Shown one piece after another: positions 52,095 through 64,000 of a stretch of 64,000 nt of DNA; position 1 is the stretch's first letter; each line of letters starts with the position of its first letter. The stretch lies in NCBI GenBank assembly GCA_013265495.1, contig MU058636.1:2480001-2544000 (forward strand). The letters run 5' to 3'. Made by a program: the position numbers and the translations under genes. Origin of the DNA: Vicugna vicugna (lineage: Eukaryota). The notes beneath the pieces are model-generated. The model made no database searches, was not told where the DNA came from, and was given only the letters and a program-made list of their open reading frames with translations.

Positions 52095-52303
52095 TAGTGT
52101 TTGTCAACCCAGTAGGAAGCCACCAGCCCCATGTAACTATCAGCTTTACAATGAATTAACATTAAATGAAATTGAAAGTTTAATTCTTCAGTCACACCAG
52201 CCACATTTCCAGTGCTCAGAAGCCACATGTAGTTAGTGGCCCCCGTGTCGGGCAGCAGGGGTAGGGACCTCTTCCGTCATCACAGAAAGCTGTCTGGGTC
52301 AGC
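52095..52303. mobile_element. MER3-like hAT MITE
   Basis: TTCAGTCACACCAGCCACATTTCCAGTGCTCAGAAGCCACATGTAGTTAGTGGC..TCATCACAGAAAG. Confidence 0.7.
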
Positions 52304-55300
52304 TGCGCGTGTCTGGAGCTGCGTGTGCGTCCTCCCACGTGCTCCTGCAGTGCTCTGGGGTGGGGATGAGGACCCTCGCTTTTTAGGTGAAGATGTTGGG
52401 GCTCAGGATGAATAGCTGGCCCCAAATCACAGGTCCTAAGTGTCAGAGGTGGGAACTCAAAACCTGTGTCCCGGATCCTCCTGGAGCCCTGAGGAGCCCG
52501 CTGTGTGGATTGGCCAGCCTGCGGGCTGGGGTGAGTCTTCCCTCGCTGTGGGCCAAGGGTGCATCCCTGAGTGGGAAGGTAGGGAAAGGGGCGCGCGTGC
52601 GGAGGGGAGCACAGGGGGCTGAGAAGGATGAGCCATCTGGGTCTGTCTGGTGCAGCACAGGGAATTAGGGGCGACGGCGTGGCGTCCCCGGGTTTGGCAG
52701 TGCGAGGTCAGGGGTCTTTGCCAGGGTGGGCTCAGTGTCGGGGGCAGGAAAAAGCTAGACTTCTGGGCTTTGAGGATTGAGTGGTGGTGAGGGTGATCAG
52801 GGGAAGAGACAGGGGGATGCTGGAGGGGGAGGAGCAGAGAACACAGGGCGTTTTTAGGGGTGAGGAGGCTGGATGGACCCTGTTGATGGACTTAGGTAAG
52901 GACTGTCTGCGGGAGCCAGGCCGGGAGTGACTTCAGGGGGGACGCTGGCCACCGTGAGAACCCGTCCTGCCTGAACAGGCAGCCGTCCTGCTGTCCCAGG
53001 TGACTGTGGCCGGGAGGCTGTATTCACTGTTGCCAGATTCCAGACATCTGCATTTTTCTGTGGGACGTTCCTGATTATAAACATTTAAAAAATAACATGG
53101 TTACTCCTTCCCTAAGAAGCGCCTGCCCCCTTGCAGAGAAATGTGAATGTATTTAATGCCACAGAACGAATGGTACACTTAAAAGTGGTTAAAATGGTGA
53201 ATTTTATTCTGTGTATTTTACCCCCTACCCAGAAGCACGCACCCGCCAGCACACGTCCCTAGGCCATTTTGGCACCCAGGCTGCGAGCTTGTGCTCCTGG
53301 GCTGGGGGACGGAGCCTTACAGAGAGTCCTCGTAGGGACCTGCAGCCCGGGTGCGCCCTGGAACAGCTTAGTTAGAACGGTGCGGGGCGGGACCCAGGCG
53401 TCAGCATCGTTGAAAATGAACCGGTGATTCCTGTGTGCAGGCAACGTTGAGAGCGTGGAAGTACAGTACAGAAGATGAATCACCGAGAGGATAAGGAGGC
53501 AGGGAGGAATGGCGTAAGACCACAGGTGTGGGCAGCCGCTCTGCTTCTGGGACTGGGATGTGTGCAGATTCTGTTTAAAATTCGGGGCATGAAGCTAATG
53601 CCGCAGGGAGAACAGAGACTCCATCATGTCCAGCACATGAGCTCAACTCCTCGGCTTCTCCAGTTATCACATGGGAGGAGCCGTGTGCCTGCTTGGCCAC
53701 ATCGTCACGTGTCTTTGTGGGTCTGCAAATCTGTCTGCTCCTTAGGAGCCGGTCTGAGACAAATGTGTTGTAAAGCATGCAAGTCGTAGTTGGTAATGAC
53801 AACCTTTTAGGAATCGCTGTACCTTTTGTCCCCACTCCACCGCCAAAGAAGTCACAGATTCACTTTGGAGAAAACAGCAAATTAGAGAAATTTATTTGTG
53901 GGCGAAGAGATCAATCAGGAACAAGATGAAAGTCTAACCGTATAGAGCCACTACCAAAGCTGTCGGTGAGCTGAGCAAGTCCACAGTATTCTCTGAATCT
54001 GGATGGTTATTTCAAAAACTATAATTATCACTTTGAGTACCAAAAAGTTAAAAATTCGGTAATTATCAACTATTCAGAGAGAGAGAGACCAGAGGTCTTC
54101 CTAGAGGAACATTTTTGTTAAAGGGGAATGTATTTGTGTGTACTGAAAATCAGAGAAGGTTTTGAATAATTCAGTTGCATTTCCCCCCTGAATTGAAGGC
54201 AGTTTGAAGTGATGTAAGCTCTGTGCCTAAAATATTAGTTTAATATGAGGACGAGCCCCTTTCCAGCACAAAGCTGCGGCTCATCCGGCTTCCCTTGTAA
54301 TCAAAAGCAATTGTCTGTGAAACAGCATTGCGGGACTTTGATTCAGTTGGTTTTGGACCAGATTCTAATCAAGAGATGCAAATGCTTTCTTGTCAACAGT
54401 TTCATCGGCTTCAACGTGTTTGCCGAGGGAGATTCATATTGATTCCCTGTAATTTAAGATGCTCTGCTGGGCCTGTGGTATACAATCCTTGAGGCTGGGA
54501 GGGCGCCGGCGGCTGCGATTCTGCGCGCTGGGTCAGCTGCTGGTTTAAGAAGGAGCCAGGGAGTCTAGTAGCCGCAGGAAGACCGTTGCTTGGTGATGGG
54601 GGCCTTTGGGGATGAATTCTCATTGAGCCTCAAACCTAAGCAGTGAAAGAAGCTTATGAAAATGAGGCCGGGATAGGGACACCTTTTCAGAAACGGAATA
54701 AATGTGTGAGGAAATGTACGGAGAGCACATGGGGTTCAGATATGCAGCCAAGATATTTTTTAAAAATTGGCCTTGTTAACAGAGTCCATCGCCAACTGCC
54801 TGCACCCAGGGAAGTAACCCACAGCAGACTCCGAGGAGGGGTGGGGGTCGCCGATGGGGAAGAGGCTTGGATTCGATTGTTGGCGGTGGGAGTGGAGGAG
54901 TCAGTGAACTGTAGTCACCGTGGGATGGCGGTTGGGTCTTCTAATCCTGAGCGCCCACAGGGTCTAGGCAGCGGGTGCAAGTGCAGGGTCCGGCTGGGAG
55001 GCCGAGCATGGATGGGAGCCCCCTCGCACCTTCTGTTGGCGTGACCGAGAGGTGGGCGGGGGCTGAACCGGGGAGTGTGTACTTGGCCTTGTAGAGGGCT
55101 GCTGGGTAGGGACTCTGGGCCCTCGAGGCCAGGTTGCCTCATTTTCCAATTTAAGCTGGGAATCTGGATGATTTCTGGGAAATTCCCTGATTTATGTGTG
55201 TTGATCCCGAGTTTAAATCATTGCATTGTGACTCAAATAAAACACCTCTGTGGGACGCAGTTGGCCCCTGCGTCTGCGGCCTCTGCCCCTGCCCTTCTGT

Positions 55301-55719
55301 CTTCACCAGGGCTTGTGTGGAAGGAGGGCCCCAGAACCTTCTCCTGCCTGAGAGGCTTCACTGAGCTATTCATTCATTCGACATTTGTTGACTGACCCTC
55401 CGAGCCAGCACCGGCGGCTTGCAGGCCTGGGGAGTTCTGGGCAGGAAGATGCTAGAGGCCTGGGACTTTGAAAGGAGCTGGATGTTCTTAGAAGAACGTC
55501 TTTCTGTGTGATGAGAGGAAGTCCCTCTGGGAGAAAGGGTGTGATACTGGCAAGCTGTGGTGAGAGAGTGCAGGGCTCCCGGGTTGCTCGAGAAATAGGG
55601 TCGTGCCCTGTGGACAGAAGGGAAGCAACCCTTTGCAGAGAAGCAGCTCGATCACGTTCACGTATTTAAAAGATGACTGTCTGCTCCCGGGAAAGGGCTT
55701 GGCTAAGGGCAGCAGGTGG

Positions 55720-55924
55720 GCCGGGGCGTGTTTAATGTAAGGGCTAGGCTTTTAAAAATTAGACTCTGGTTTATTTAAGGCTTCAGCCCTGTTAACGCGT
55801 GCGGTTAGGGTCTGTGCCGCGGTCGGTCGTCCGGAGGACATGTGTGAGCGTCGTGGGGCCAGCTGGTGCGGGACCAGCGCCGGACCTGACTTACGAGGAT
55901 GTTTTCTGTTTTATTCCTGTCGAG
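55720..55924 (+). promoter_or_regulatory. CpG-enriched candidate promoter/alternative first exon
   Basis: GC-rich box at ~55720, TATTTAA at ~55772, CpG cluster 55796-55895, donor CGAG|GTGAGG at 55924|55925. Confidence 0.4.
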
Positions 55925-58882
55925 GTGAGGTAGCAGTTATGAAACTCAGGTGTGACTTCATTTTTCATAACGAATTGAATTTTGACTCTTAGTTTTCTCC
56001 CTGCTCTGAGCTGGCAGGAGAGTCAGTCTTAGCTTTTTTTTTTTTTTCCACCATTTCCTCCCTCCTTCCTCTTTGTGCAAATGTCCTGGGGTTGGAGGCA
56101 GCCCCAGGTAGGAGGATGCCTCCCTGGTGCCGGGTCTCAGGCCCACAGTGTGTCTTCAGGTTAGATGCTCTGCCTTGTCTTCTGCACTGGGACCTGTGCA
56201 TCCTGGGAGCCCAGCCTGGGAGCCCAGCTCTTCCTTCCCGCGCGTTGCTGCTCTGGAGCGAGGACGGCACAGACTGCGCCACCTCCTGGAACCGCAGCCC
56301 TCTCTCCTTTTCAGGCCTGAGAGCTTTGAGGGGAAGCCTTTCAGTCGCCCACCCCACTTCTCTGTAGTCCTCACAGGGCTCCTCCACTCGCCTGGAACCC
56401 TTTTCTTCTCCAGGGGTTTAAGGACTTGGAAACGAAGCCAGGAGGGAGGTGTCTCACCAGCAGCACCTGCTCCCCGCGGAGTCGTGAGCCACCCCTGAGA
56501 GCAGGAAGCGTGCAGCCAGCTACCTGCTTGCGGGGAGGCAGGCAGAGAAAGGGAAAACAGGAAGGAAATGAATATTTCAACAAGTGCTTTTCCACAGTGG
56601 CACGTTGATGTAACTGTGTGGTTTTAGAGCCAAAAGGGAGCAGATACGAGAGGCTGTAGGGAAGGAGGGGAGGAGGTGGGGGAACCAGGACCTGCTGAGC
56701 TGAGCTGCTGCTACCAGCTGATGAGAACGAAAGGGGAGCGGGCGGAGGGACAGGAGGTGGTCTGTGACAGCTGCACGGGGGCCAGAACCCAGGAGAAGAT
56801 TTGGTCTGGGATGTGGCCTCCGGCGTCCTGGGCTTCCCGGCCCCAGCTGGATTTTCTCACCCCCCTGGGGAGGGGGTGCCCAGCTCTGTAGGACGGTGTT
56901 TACAGCTTTCAGTTAAGAAAGGAGGAGATTCTTAGTCATCCGGGCGGGCTGCCCTGCCCCCTCCTGAGGGTGAGCAGAACAGCCTCGAGCTGCCTGCTGT
57001 GGGTGGAGGGTCCCCGGGAGGCAGGAGGGGAGAGCGGGGCCTGCCCTGGCCTCCCCATCCACGGGGAGCGATGCCTGCACGTTATTAGCGTTGAGAACTG
57101 TGAACACATTCCTCGCCTGTCACATTTCCAGGAAGGTGCTAATGAGTGTTTCTTTTATGATTGTATTTTCGGCAGTTCCCAGCCTCCCCCGTAGCTCGGC
57201 TTATGCCTGGACGTTCCCAGGCCTCTGTTTGGCTGCCCCTCTGGTGCCCATCTGGGCTCTTGGAGGACTCTGGTCCTGGCCGCCTCTAGCAGCCTCTGTC
57301 CACCGGGCAGAGCACTTCCACTGTGGCCGTGAAAGCCAGTGTTACTTACTTAGTGGCCTCCACTCCCCTTACTGGCTGGGAGCTCTTTGAGGGTAGGGGC
57401 CATCCTGCTGTGCTCTGCACGGAGGTGGGAGAGCTGTCCCACTGACCAAGGGTCACCAGAGCCGAGACCCCAGGTGGCTTTGCCCACCTGCGTTCTGGGT
57501 CCCACCTTCTCTTTTCTTCCCAGAGACCTCACACGTCAGTAACCTCCTGTGTTCCTCCTTGAAAGCAAAACCCTCCCTGCCCTCCTCCCCCATCACCATC
57601 CTGATGCTCTGCCCCCTCCTTGCCCTGTGGACACTTCTCCTCTCCTAATTCCTTCCCTCCTCATGCCACAGCCCTCGGCGCCTGGCATGAACGCTACTCA
57701 CCTGCCCCGTGAGGGTCTCTTACACCTTGTTTGACCTGAAACCGATGGAACATTTTTAGGCCTTTTCACTCAGCTGGTCTACAACGTCTGGCAGACCAGC
57801 GCCTCCTACAGACGCTGGGCTCTTCGGGCTTCCGTCCACAACTCCAGGTCCCACCGTTCGTGCCCCTGAGCCCTTAGCTGTCCTTTCTCCATCTGCTCTG
57901 TGGGCTTCTCTTCCCCTTAAAGAGTTCAGTCCTGAGCCCACTTCTCTTTTCCTTCGACCTCCTCGCCCTGGGTGGTTTTTTCCCCCTTTATCTGTTTCCA
58001 TGGGGTAAATAACCACCTACAAAGTTGAAACTTCCAGGTAGACATTTCCAGCCAGTATCTCTTAACTTATCACCAGATTCCACATGACCCCATCACCTTC
58101 CAACATTTTGACTTGAAAATCTCCCACTCGTGGCTCAGCATGTCACAGCCATTCTTCCGGCTGACTTTCCCGTCTGGCTGGTGAGCATCACCATCTGAGA
58201 GACCCGTTCACTAAGCCAGCACCTGGGGGTCAGCCTTGACCTCGGATCTGAGCCACCAGCAGCTGCTGCCGTTTGACATCCTAAGAGGCCGTGAACCTGC
58301 CCACCCCCTTTTTCTCAGCTGCCTCTCCGGCAGCCTCCCCACATTTCTCCCTCCTTCCCGCCTTGCTGCATCGTATCCCATCTTTCAGGATACATGGAGT
58401 GGCTTTCAGTTTTCCAGGTGTGAGCCTCTGTTCATGCTTTCCTTTCTTCCTGAAATACTTGTCTTCGGACTTCTGCGCTTGCTGAGTGAGGCGGAGTCAC
58501 TGGCGAGGCTGAAGAGAGGAACGACATGTTCTGAAGTGTAGTTTAGACTCTCCCTCCAGCTGCAGGCTGGAGAACAGATTGGAGGGTGCGACCTCAGAGA
58601 CCAAGTAGCGGGCTGTTCCAGGGGTCCTGCTGAGAGAGGATGGTGGCTCGGACTGGTGGTGGGTGTGGAGGTGGGGAGAGCTGGTCTGATGCCAGGCCTG
58701 TTTTTGAAAGGATCCCTGACAGAACTTGATGACAAGCGTTGACCGCAAGTTTCTCTCACAAGCTTGCCGCCACCTGAAATGCGGTGGACAATGAGTGGAG
58801 CAGGTTTGGAGAGAGGCGGTCTGGGTGGGAAGGTCAGCAGCTGAGTTTTGTGTGTTACGTTTGTGATCTGTTCAACATCTAC

Positions 58883-59373
58883 ATGGGTGGACAGAGAAAC
58901 ACCCCCCAAATTGTCCGTGTCTTAATTCCTGGAACCTGAGAATGTGGCACTTCATGTGGCAAAAGGGACTTTCTTAAGGATCTTGGGATGGGGGATGACG
59001 CTGGGTTATCCTGGTGGGCCCAGTGTATATATACACAGAGGTCCTTACAAGACATGGGTAGGCCCATCCAAGTCAGAGAAGAGGTGTGGTGGGGGTGATG
59101 TGCTCTGAAAACCAAGGAGGGGGCAGCAAGCCAAGCAATGTAAGTGGCCTTGGCACATGTTCTTAAATCCGTTTTTCCAGGTTCTAGCTGGAAAAGGCAA
59201 GTTAATAGAGTCTCCCCTAGAGTATCCAGAAGGAACGCAGCTCTGCCCGCACCTCGATTTTAGCCCACAAGGTCCATTTTGGACTTCTGACTTCTAGAGC
59301 TGCCAGGTGATAGACTGGTGTTGTTCTAAGTCATTAAATTGTGGCACTTGGGTACAGAAGCAATATGAATTAC
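58883..59373 (+). mobile_element. MLT1D-like MaLR LTR
   Basis: TAATTCCTGGAACCTGAGAATGTG..TGGCAAAAGGGACTTT, GCTGGAAAAGGCAAG, CCAGAAGGAACGCAGCTCTGCC, TTGGACTTCTGAC. Confidence 0.82.
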
Positions 59374-60384
59374 GTGGAGATACGCTGGAGATACGGAGTA
59401 GGTGGTCTTATCAACAAGTCTGGGGTCCAGGGGACACTTACCTTCCTTACCTTTAGCTGTTACTCATCACAAGTCAAACTCACGATGCTCGTTTGGCAGC
59501 CTCGGCTGTCCTTACCAGTAAACATTCTGGGAGCAGTTCTTAGAGAGCAGGCAAAATAGATCCCACAAAGTGTGCAGTGTAAGCTTCCTGCCCCTTGTTG
59601 GGGTCTCATGCCCGCTCCACCATCTGTAGACTATGTACCCATTTACTACATGCTTTTTGCTTTATATGTAATTTTAAGATCTACTGCAGTGTGGTTTCAG
59701 ATCATAACGAAACAGGAGAAGTTATCTTCTGAGGCAGAAACAGTGATAGCTGCAAGACATAATGCTTAGCTAAGAGCAGGAAAAGATGCAGGAAAAATTA
59801 AAAGGGAGATGCAAAGACTCCAGCATAGTTGTATTTGAGCTGCCCCAGTTTAGGGGCAAAAAGATTTTTAAACCATAGTGATTAATCCTTAAGACCACCA
59901 CTTTGTTTTAGTGTTAGTCCAGTGACGGATGTTCATTCAAAATGATCAACCTAAGTCAACATGGAAATACTAAGTTATTTTTGATGCACTCTGTTTAAGA
60001 AAGTAGGTAATTACACAATATATTTTGCAAACGGTTGACATAATTTGAACTTTTATGTGCATTGGCTCTTAGATGTGCTTCAGTTGGTAGAAAATTAGCT
60101 TGTGAAACACTTAGTTCCCCAGTGAGGCCAGAAGTGTCACTGAGCATCAGCTGTGGATAAATTCACAAACAGTAATGTGAGTACTTAGATACTTAAAGCT
60201 TAGGCTCTAACTGTGCATCGGCTCCGTTGGGAGAGTCTTTCCCTGTGGAACTGTAAATAACTAAAAGCAGAGGTAAAGGAGCCTGAGAAGAACAACCCAC
60301 TGGAAGTTCGCTCCCCAAACTAGACCCAGAGCAGCAGCTTTGTCATAGCAGTTGGGATGGAGAAGCCTTTTTTCTTTCATCTTT

Positions 60385-60615
60385 AACAATTATACCTGCT
60401 TGCTGGGTACCAAGCACTCTTCTAAGTCCTTCATATCTACTAACTGATTTAATTCTTACAGCAATAACTCAGAGAGTTAGGTACTGTCATTATTCCCATT
60501 TTACAGATGGCAGAGCTGAGGCACAGAATGACTAAGTAACTAACTCAAGTTCAGCCAGCTGGTCAACCTAGATTCAAATCCAGGGAGTCTGGCTCCGGAG
60601 TCCATGCTCTTAACT
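60385..60615 (-). mobile_element. MIR SINE
   Basis: ATTATTCCCATTTTACAGATGGCAGAGCTGAGGCACAGA..GATTCAAATCCAGG..TCCATGCTCTTAAC. Confidence 0.8.
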
Positions 60616-60659
60616 GTGCTCCCTGCTGGCCTCCATGGGTCTTTTCAGCTATGCTTGCT

Positions 60660-61385
60660 TTCTTTTTTTTAAAATTGAAATGCAATTGATTTACAATATA
60701 TTAATGTCAGATGTGCAGTATATATACACAGTAGTGAGTCAATATTTTTACAGATAACACACCATACAGTTATTATAAAAGACGGACTGTATTCCCTGTG
60801 CTGTGCATTACATCCCCGTGACTTACTTGTTTTATAACTGGTAGTTTGTACCTCTTAATCCCCTTCACTTATTTAGCTCCTCTGGTGATCGCTGGTTCTC
60901 TGTGAGTCTGTTTTGTTATACTTGTTCATTTGTTTTGTTTTTCAGATTCCACATTTAAGTGAAAATATATAGTATTTGTCTTTGTCTGACTTAATTTCAC
61001 TAAGCTTAATACCATCCATGTTGTCTCGAATGGCAAGATTTCATTCTTTTTTATGGCTGAGTAATATTTCATTGCACACGCTCACATGTATGCGCGCATG
61101 CACACACACAGTCTTCTTTATCTATTTATCTGTTGATGGCCACTTAGGTTGCTTCCATATCTTGGCTTTTATAAATTATGCTGGTGTGAACACTGAGGTG
61201 CATATATCTTTTTGAATTCATGTTTTTGTTTTCTTTGAATAAATACCCAGGAGTGGAATCTCTGAGTCCTGTGGTAGTTTTATTTTTAATTTTGGGGAGA
61301 ACCTCTATACTGTTCCCCACAGTGGCTGCGCCCCCCCCGCCACTTTCCCACCAGCAGTGTGGGAGGGTTCCCTGTGCTTTTGGGT
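60660..61385 (-). mobile_element. L1 3' fragment
   Basis: CAGATTCCACATTTAAGTGA, GATGGCCACTTAGGTTGCTTCCATATCTTGGC, ATACCCAGGAGTGGAAT. Confidence 0.85.
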
Positions 61386-62171
61386 CACCTCGCATGTGCT
61401 CCTGTGCCTCCGCAGTGCAGCTCTCCCAGGAGGTATTTGTGTTTCTGCTTCACACTGTCTGTCCTGGTTCACGTCCGCCTGTCGTCTGGTCCGGGCTGCC
61501 TGTTGCTCTGCTCTTGTGGTTTCTGGCTCCGGCTACAGCCCGCATCGGACTGCCTAGCCCAGTGTCGCTCTTGTTTACAGGTAGGCTGGGGCTTCCCGCT
61601 TCTGCAGAGTAGAGGCCAGCCTCCTTAGCATGACGTTTGCATCATTCAGGATCTTGGCTGTGAGCAAGAGGAACCCCCTCTGAAAAGGAAGGGAAGGAAG
61701 CAGGAGAGGAAGGCTGTGGCTCATGCTTGGGCGACGGGCAACAGCCCGGGAGTGTGTGCAGCTGGGGAGGCAAGGTGGGCTGCCCCGCGGGCCTCTGCTG
61801 CTGCCCTGGGCGCTCCCCCTACCACCCCCCGAGGGCTGTGGCTGCTGCAGTTACTGCTCATGGGGGCCACTCACATCTAATCTCACTGTCTCTGTGTCAA
61901 GTGCTCAAGAGTCAAAGTCCCAAGTGAAAGCATCCATTTGATCAAGCCCAGGTCACTTCCCTAGAGGGACCAGGGGATGAGGGACTCTGTCCTTTTGTTT
62001 CTTTAATGGATGGCAATTCCCTGCCTCCACCCAGACTGACAGCATGGACAGTTACCCAAAATGGGGAGTTGGTTTGGATCCAGAGAGCCCAAAACAATAA
62101 CAGACATCCTCACAGCAATGTTGCTTAAATATTTTTGTCTGCAGTCCTGCAAGGGTACACATGGCCCTCTG

Positions 62172-62229
62172 CACACACACACACACACGCACACACACAC
62201 ACGCACACACGCATATGCACACACACACA
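62172..62229 (+). repeat. Imperfect (CA)n microsatellite
   Basis: Directly visible CA repeat with interruptions. Confidence 0.9.
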
Positions 62230-63482
62230 GGCTTAACTGCAAAAAGTTGCAGGAAACAATACATACACATGGAAATGTGATAAACTCATCTTCTCTATTT
62301 TGTTCTCATTTTTTAAAATGCAGATCATATGTCACTAAATTGATTCCAGTTTGAAAATCTTGCCCTGCAACATTCTCCATGTAGTATATTCAAAATACTC
62401 TCAGTGAATAGTTTTATGTACGAAATGCTTGTTTCTACACTTGACAAACCTTTTCACAATTCTGGTCTTTACACGAACGTTTGCAAAGTCCATCTGTGAA
62501 GAAAGGCACTTATTATCTTGACAACAAAGTGGACAGAAAAAGAAGTAGGACGGGGAGGGGCAGGGGAGGAAGAGAAAATATGAATTTGTTGTGTAATAAA
62601 AGCAGATATTTGTAGTTTCCAAACAGAACATCCAGTCATATAATCAGAAAGTCCCGAGCATGCTGTCCAGGAAAATCTACATCTGTGATAGTTGCTAGAG
62701 ACTAATGGAATTTTAATTTTTGGTGTCTGTTAACCAGACATGTTTTTTTCGTCATACTTGGACTGAGAAGCTGCCCTGGGGGATGCTCTTTGCTGGATGT
62801 TAGGAATGATTCAGAGGTGCCTGGGCTGGGCTCTGGGACTCAAGGAGATCAAAGTCTAGTTGAGAAGAAAGGATACGAGTACAGAAAGTAGTTGTGCCGT
62901 GTAGAAAGCGACAAGGATCCTGAGACAGGGACAGAGAAAACGCAGAGGAATGTGGGTGCCCAGTTCCTGATGAGCAGGAAGGAGGATGGACGTCAGGGGT
63001 CGTCCCTGTCACCGGTGTCCTCCCGGTGCAGCCCACATGGCTGTGGGCATCGTCACAGGCTGTAGACCAAAGGGCTTTGATGTGGTCAGGATGCCCGTCT
63101 TGGTACCTCCTTGTTCCTCGCACTGGGCCATCTTGGTGCAAAGTAGGTGCTCGACAGGTGTGCACGAGTGAATTAGCCTGTTGTGGCAGCAGAACGCCGT
63201 GGCCGGTGGTGAGGGCTTAGCCGCGAGCCTAAGGCCCTGCACCACCCCTGTGGCGTCGAGGTGTGAGTGGAGCTCTGGGCAGGGGAAAGCCAGAGCGCGG
63301 CTGAAATTCACAGACGTGGCTTGGGTGGCAGTGCTTGTCCAGCCCTCAAACTGAAATCACAAGTTTTGTCTGTGACCCAGCAAAGTTTTGTTGAGTGTCT
63401 GCAAAAAGTCTGGAAAAGGGTCTATGGATGCTCCAAGGCAAGGACCCTGCCATAAGGAGCAGCCAGGTACTGTGCACAGAGA

Positions 63483-63502
63483 GGGGCGGGGCGGGGTCGG
63501 GG
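63483..63502 (+). promoter_or_regulatory. Tandem GC boxes / four-tract G-quadruplex motif in a CpG-rich segment
   Basis: GGGG-C-GGGG-C-GGGG-TC-GGGG. Confidence 0.55.
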
Positions 63503-64000
63503 ACGAGGCATCCGCAGAAGTCCTTCCGCCGTGAAGGACACGGTCGGAAAGGGAGATGCACAGGAGTGAGGCGCGAGCCGAGGAAGTGTCGGCCGGATGC
63601 CTCTGGCCGCAGTCCTGTAGGGAACTGGGCTTCGGCAGGTGTGAACTGGGCGTGTTACGGTCTACGTGTTACAGCTGTCTAGTAGGGACCCCAGCGTCTT
63701 GCAGCCCTGCTTCTTCCTACCCCAGGTTAACCGAGTGCTCTTAGCTGAGTACATCGTGTTCATCCGAGGACTTCCCGGACTGCTGAGATGCTGCTCAGCA
63801 CAGAATCTGCTCTCTAGGAATGTGCAGCTCAGAGAGACTGCTGAAGGGAACAGTGCTGTGTCATCTGTTCTTTCAAAATAAAGCTATTTCTGTGTCCTGG
63901 AAGATGGCCCATAGTAACAATTCCTTTTTTTTTTTTTAAATCTGATTATAGCCAATTCTTTTAAAGATGAGATTCTGCCCAGGGGGTGTTTTCACCAGTC

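Overview
Mammalian genomic DNA, most likely a camelid (alpaca/llama/camel), judged from two tRNA-Ala-derived Vic-1-type SINEs and a camelid-like L1 3' end. The window looks intronic or intergenic and is dense in interspersed repeats: L1 of several ages, L2, L3/CR1, MIR, MLT1/MLT2 LTRs, an ERV1-type solo LTR, and hAT/Tigger MERs. The only long credible reading frame is the uninterrupted ORF2 remnant of a young, 5'-truncated L1 (47489-50791, minus strand, 12-bp TSD). I could not identify any host protein-coding exon or gene name. Several CpG-rich patches ending in plus-strand splice donors (~21025, ~32433, ~55924) suggest alternative first exons of a large plus-strand gene, but this is inference. 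I found no convincing previously undescribed biological system. The best leads are the young L1 with in-frame ORF2 deletions, the CCAAT/octamer-rich solo LTR, the candidate alternative promoters, and a perfect 77-bp duplication with an inverted templated spacer. Repeat family names come from recalled consensus similarity, not a database search; boundaries without TSDs are approximate.
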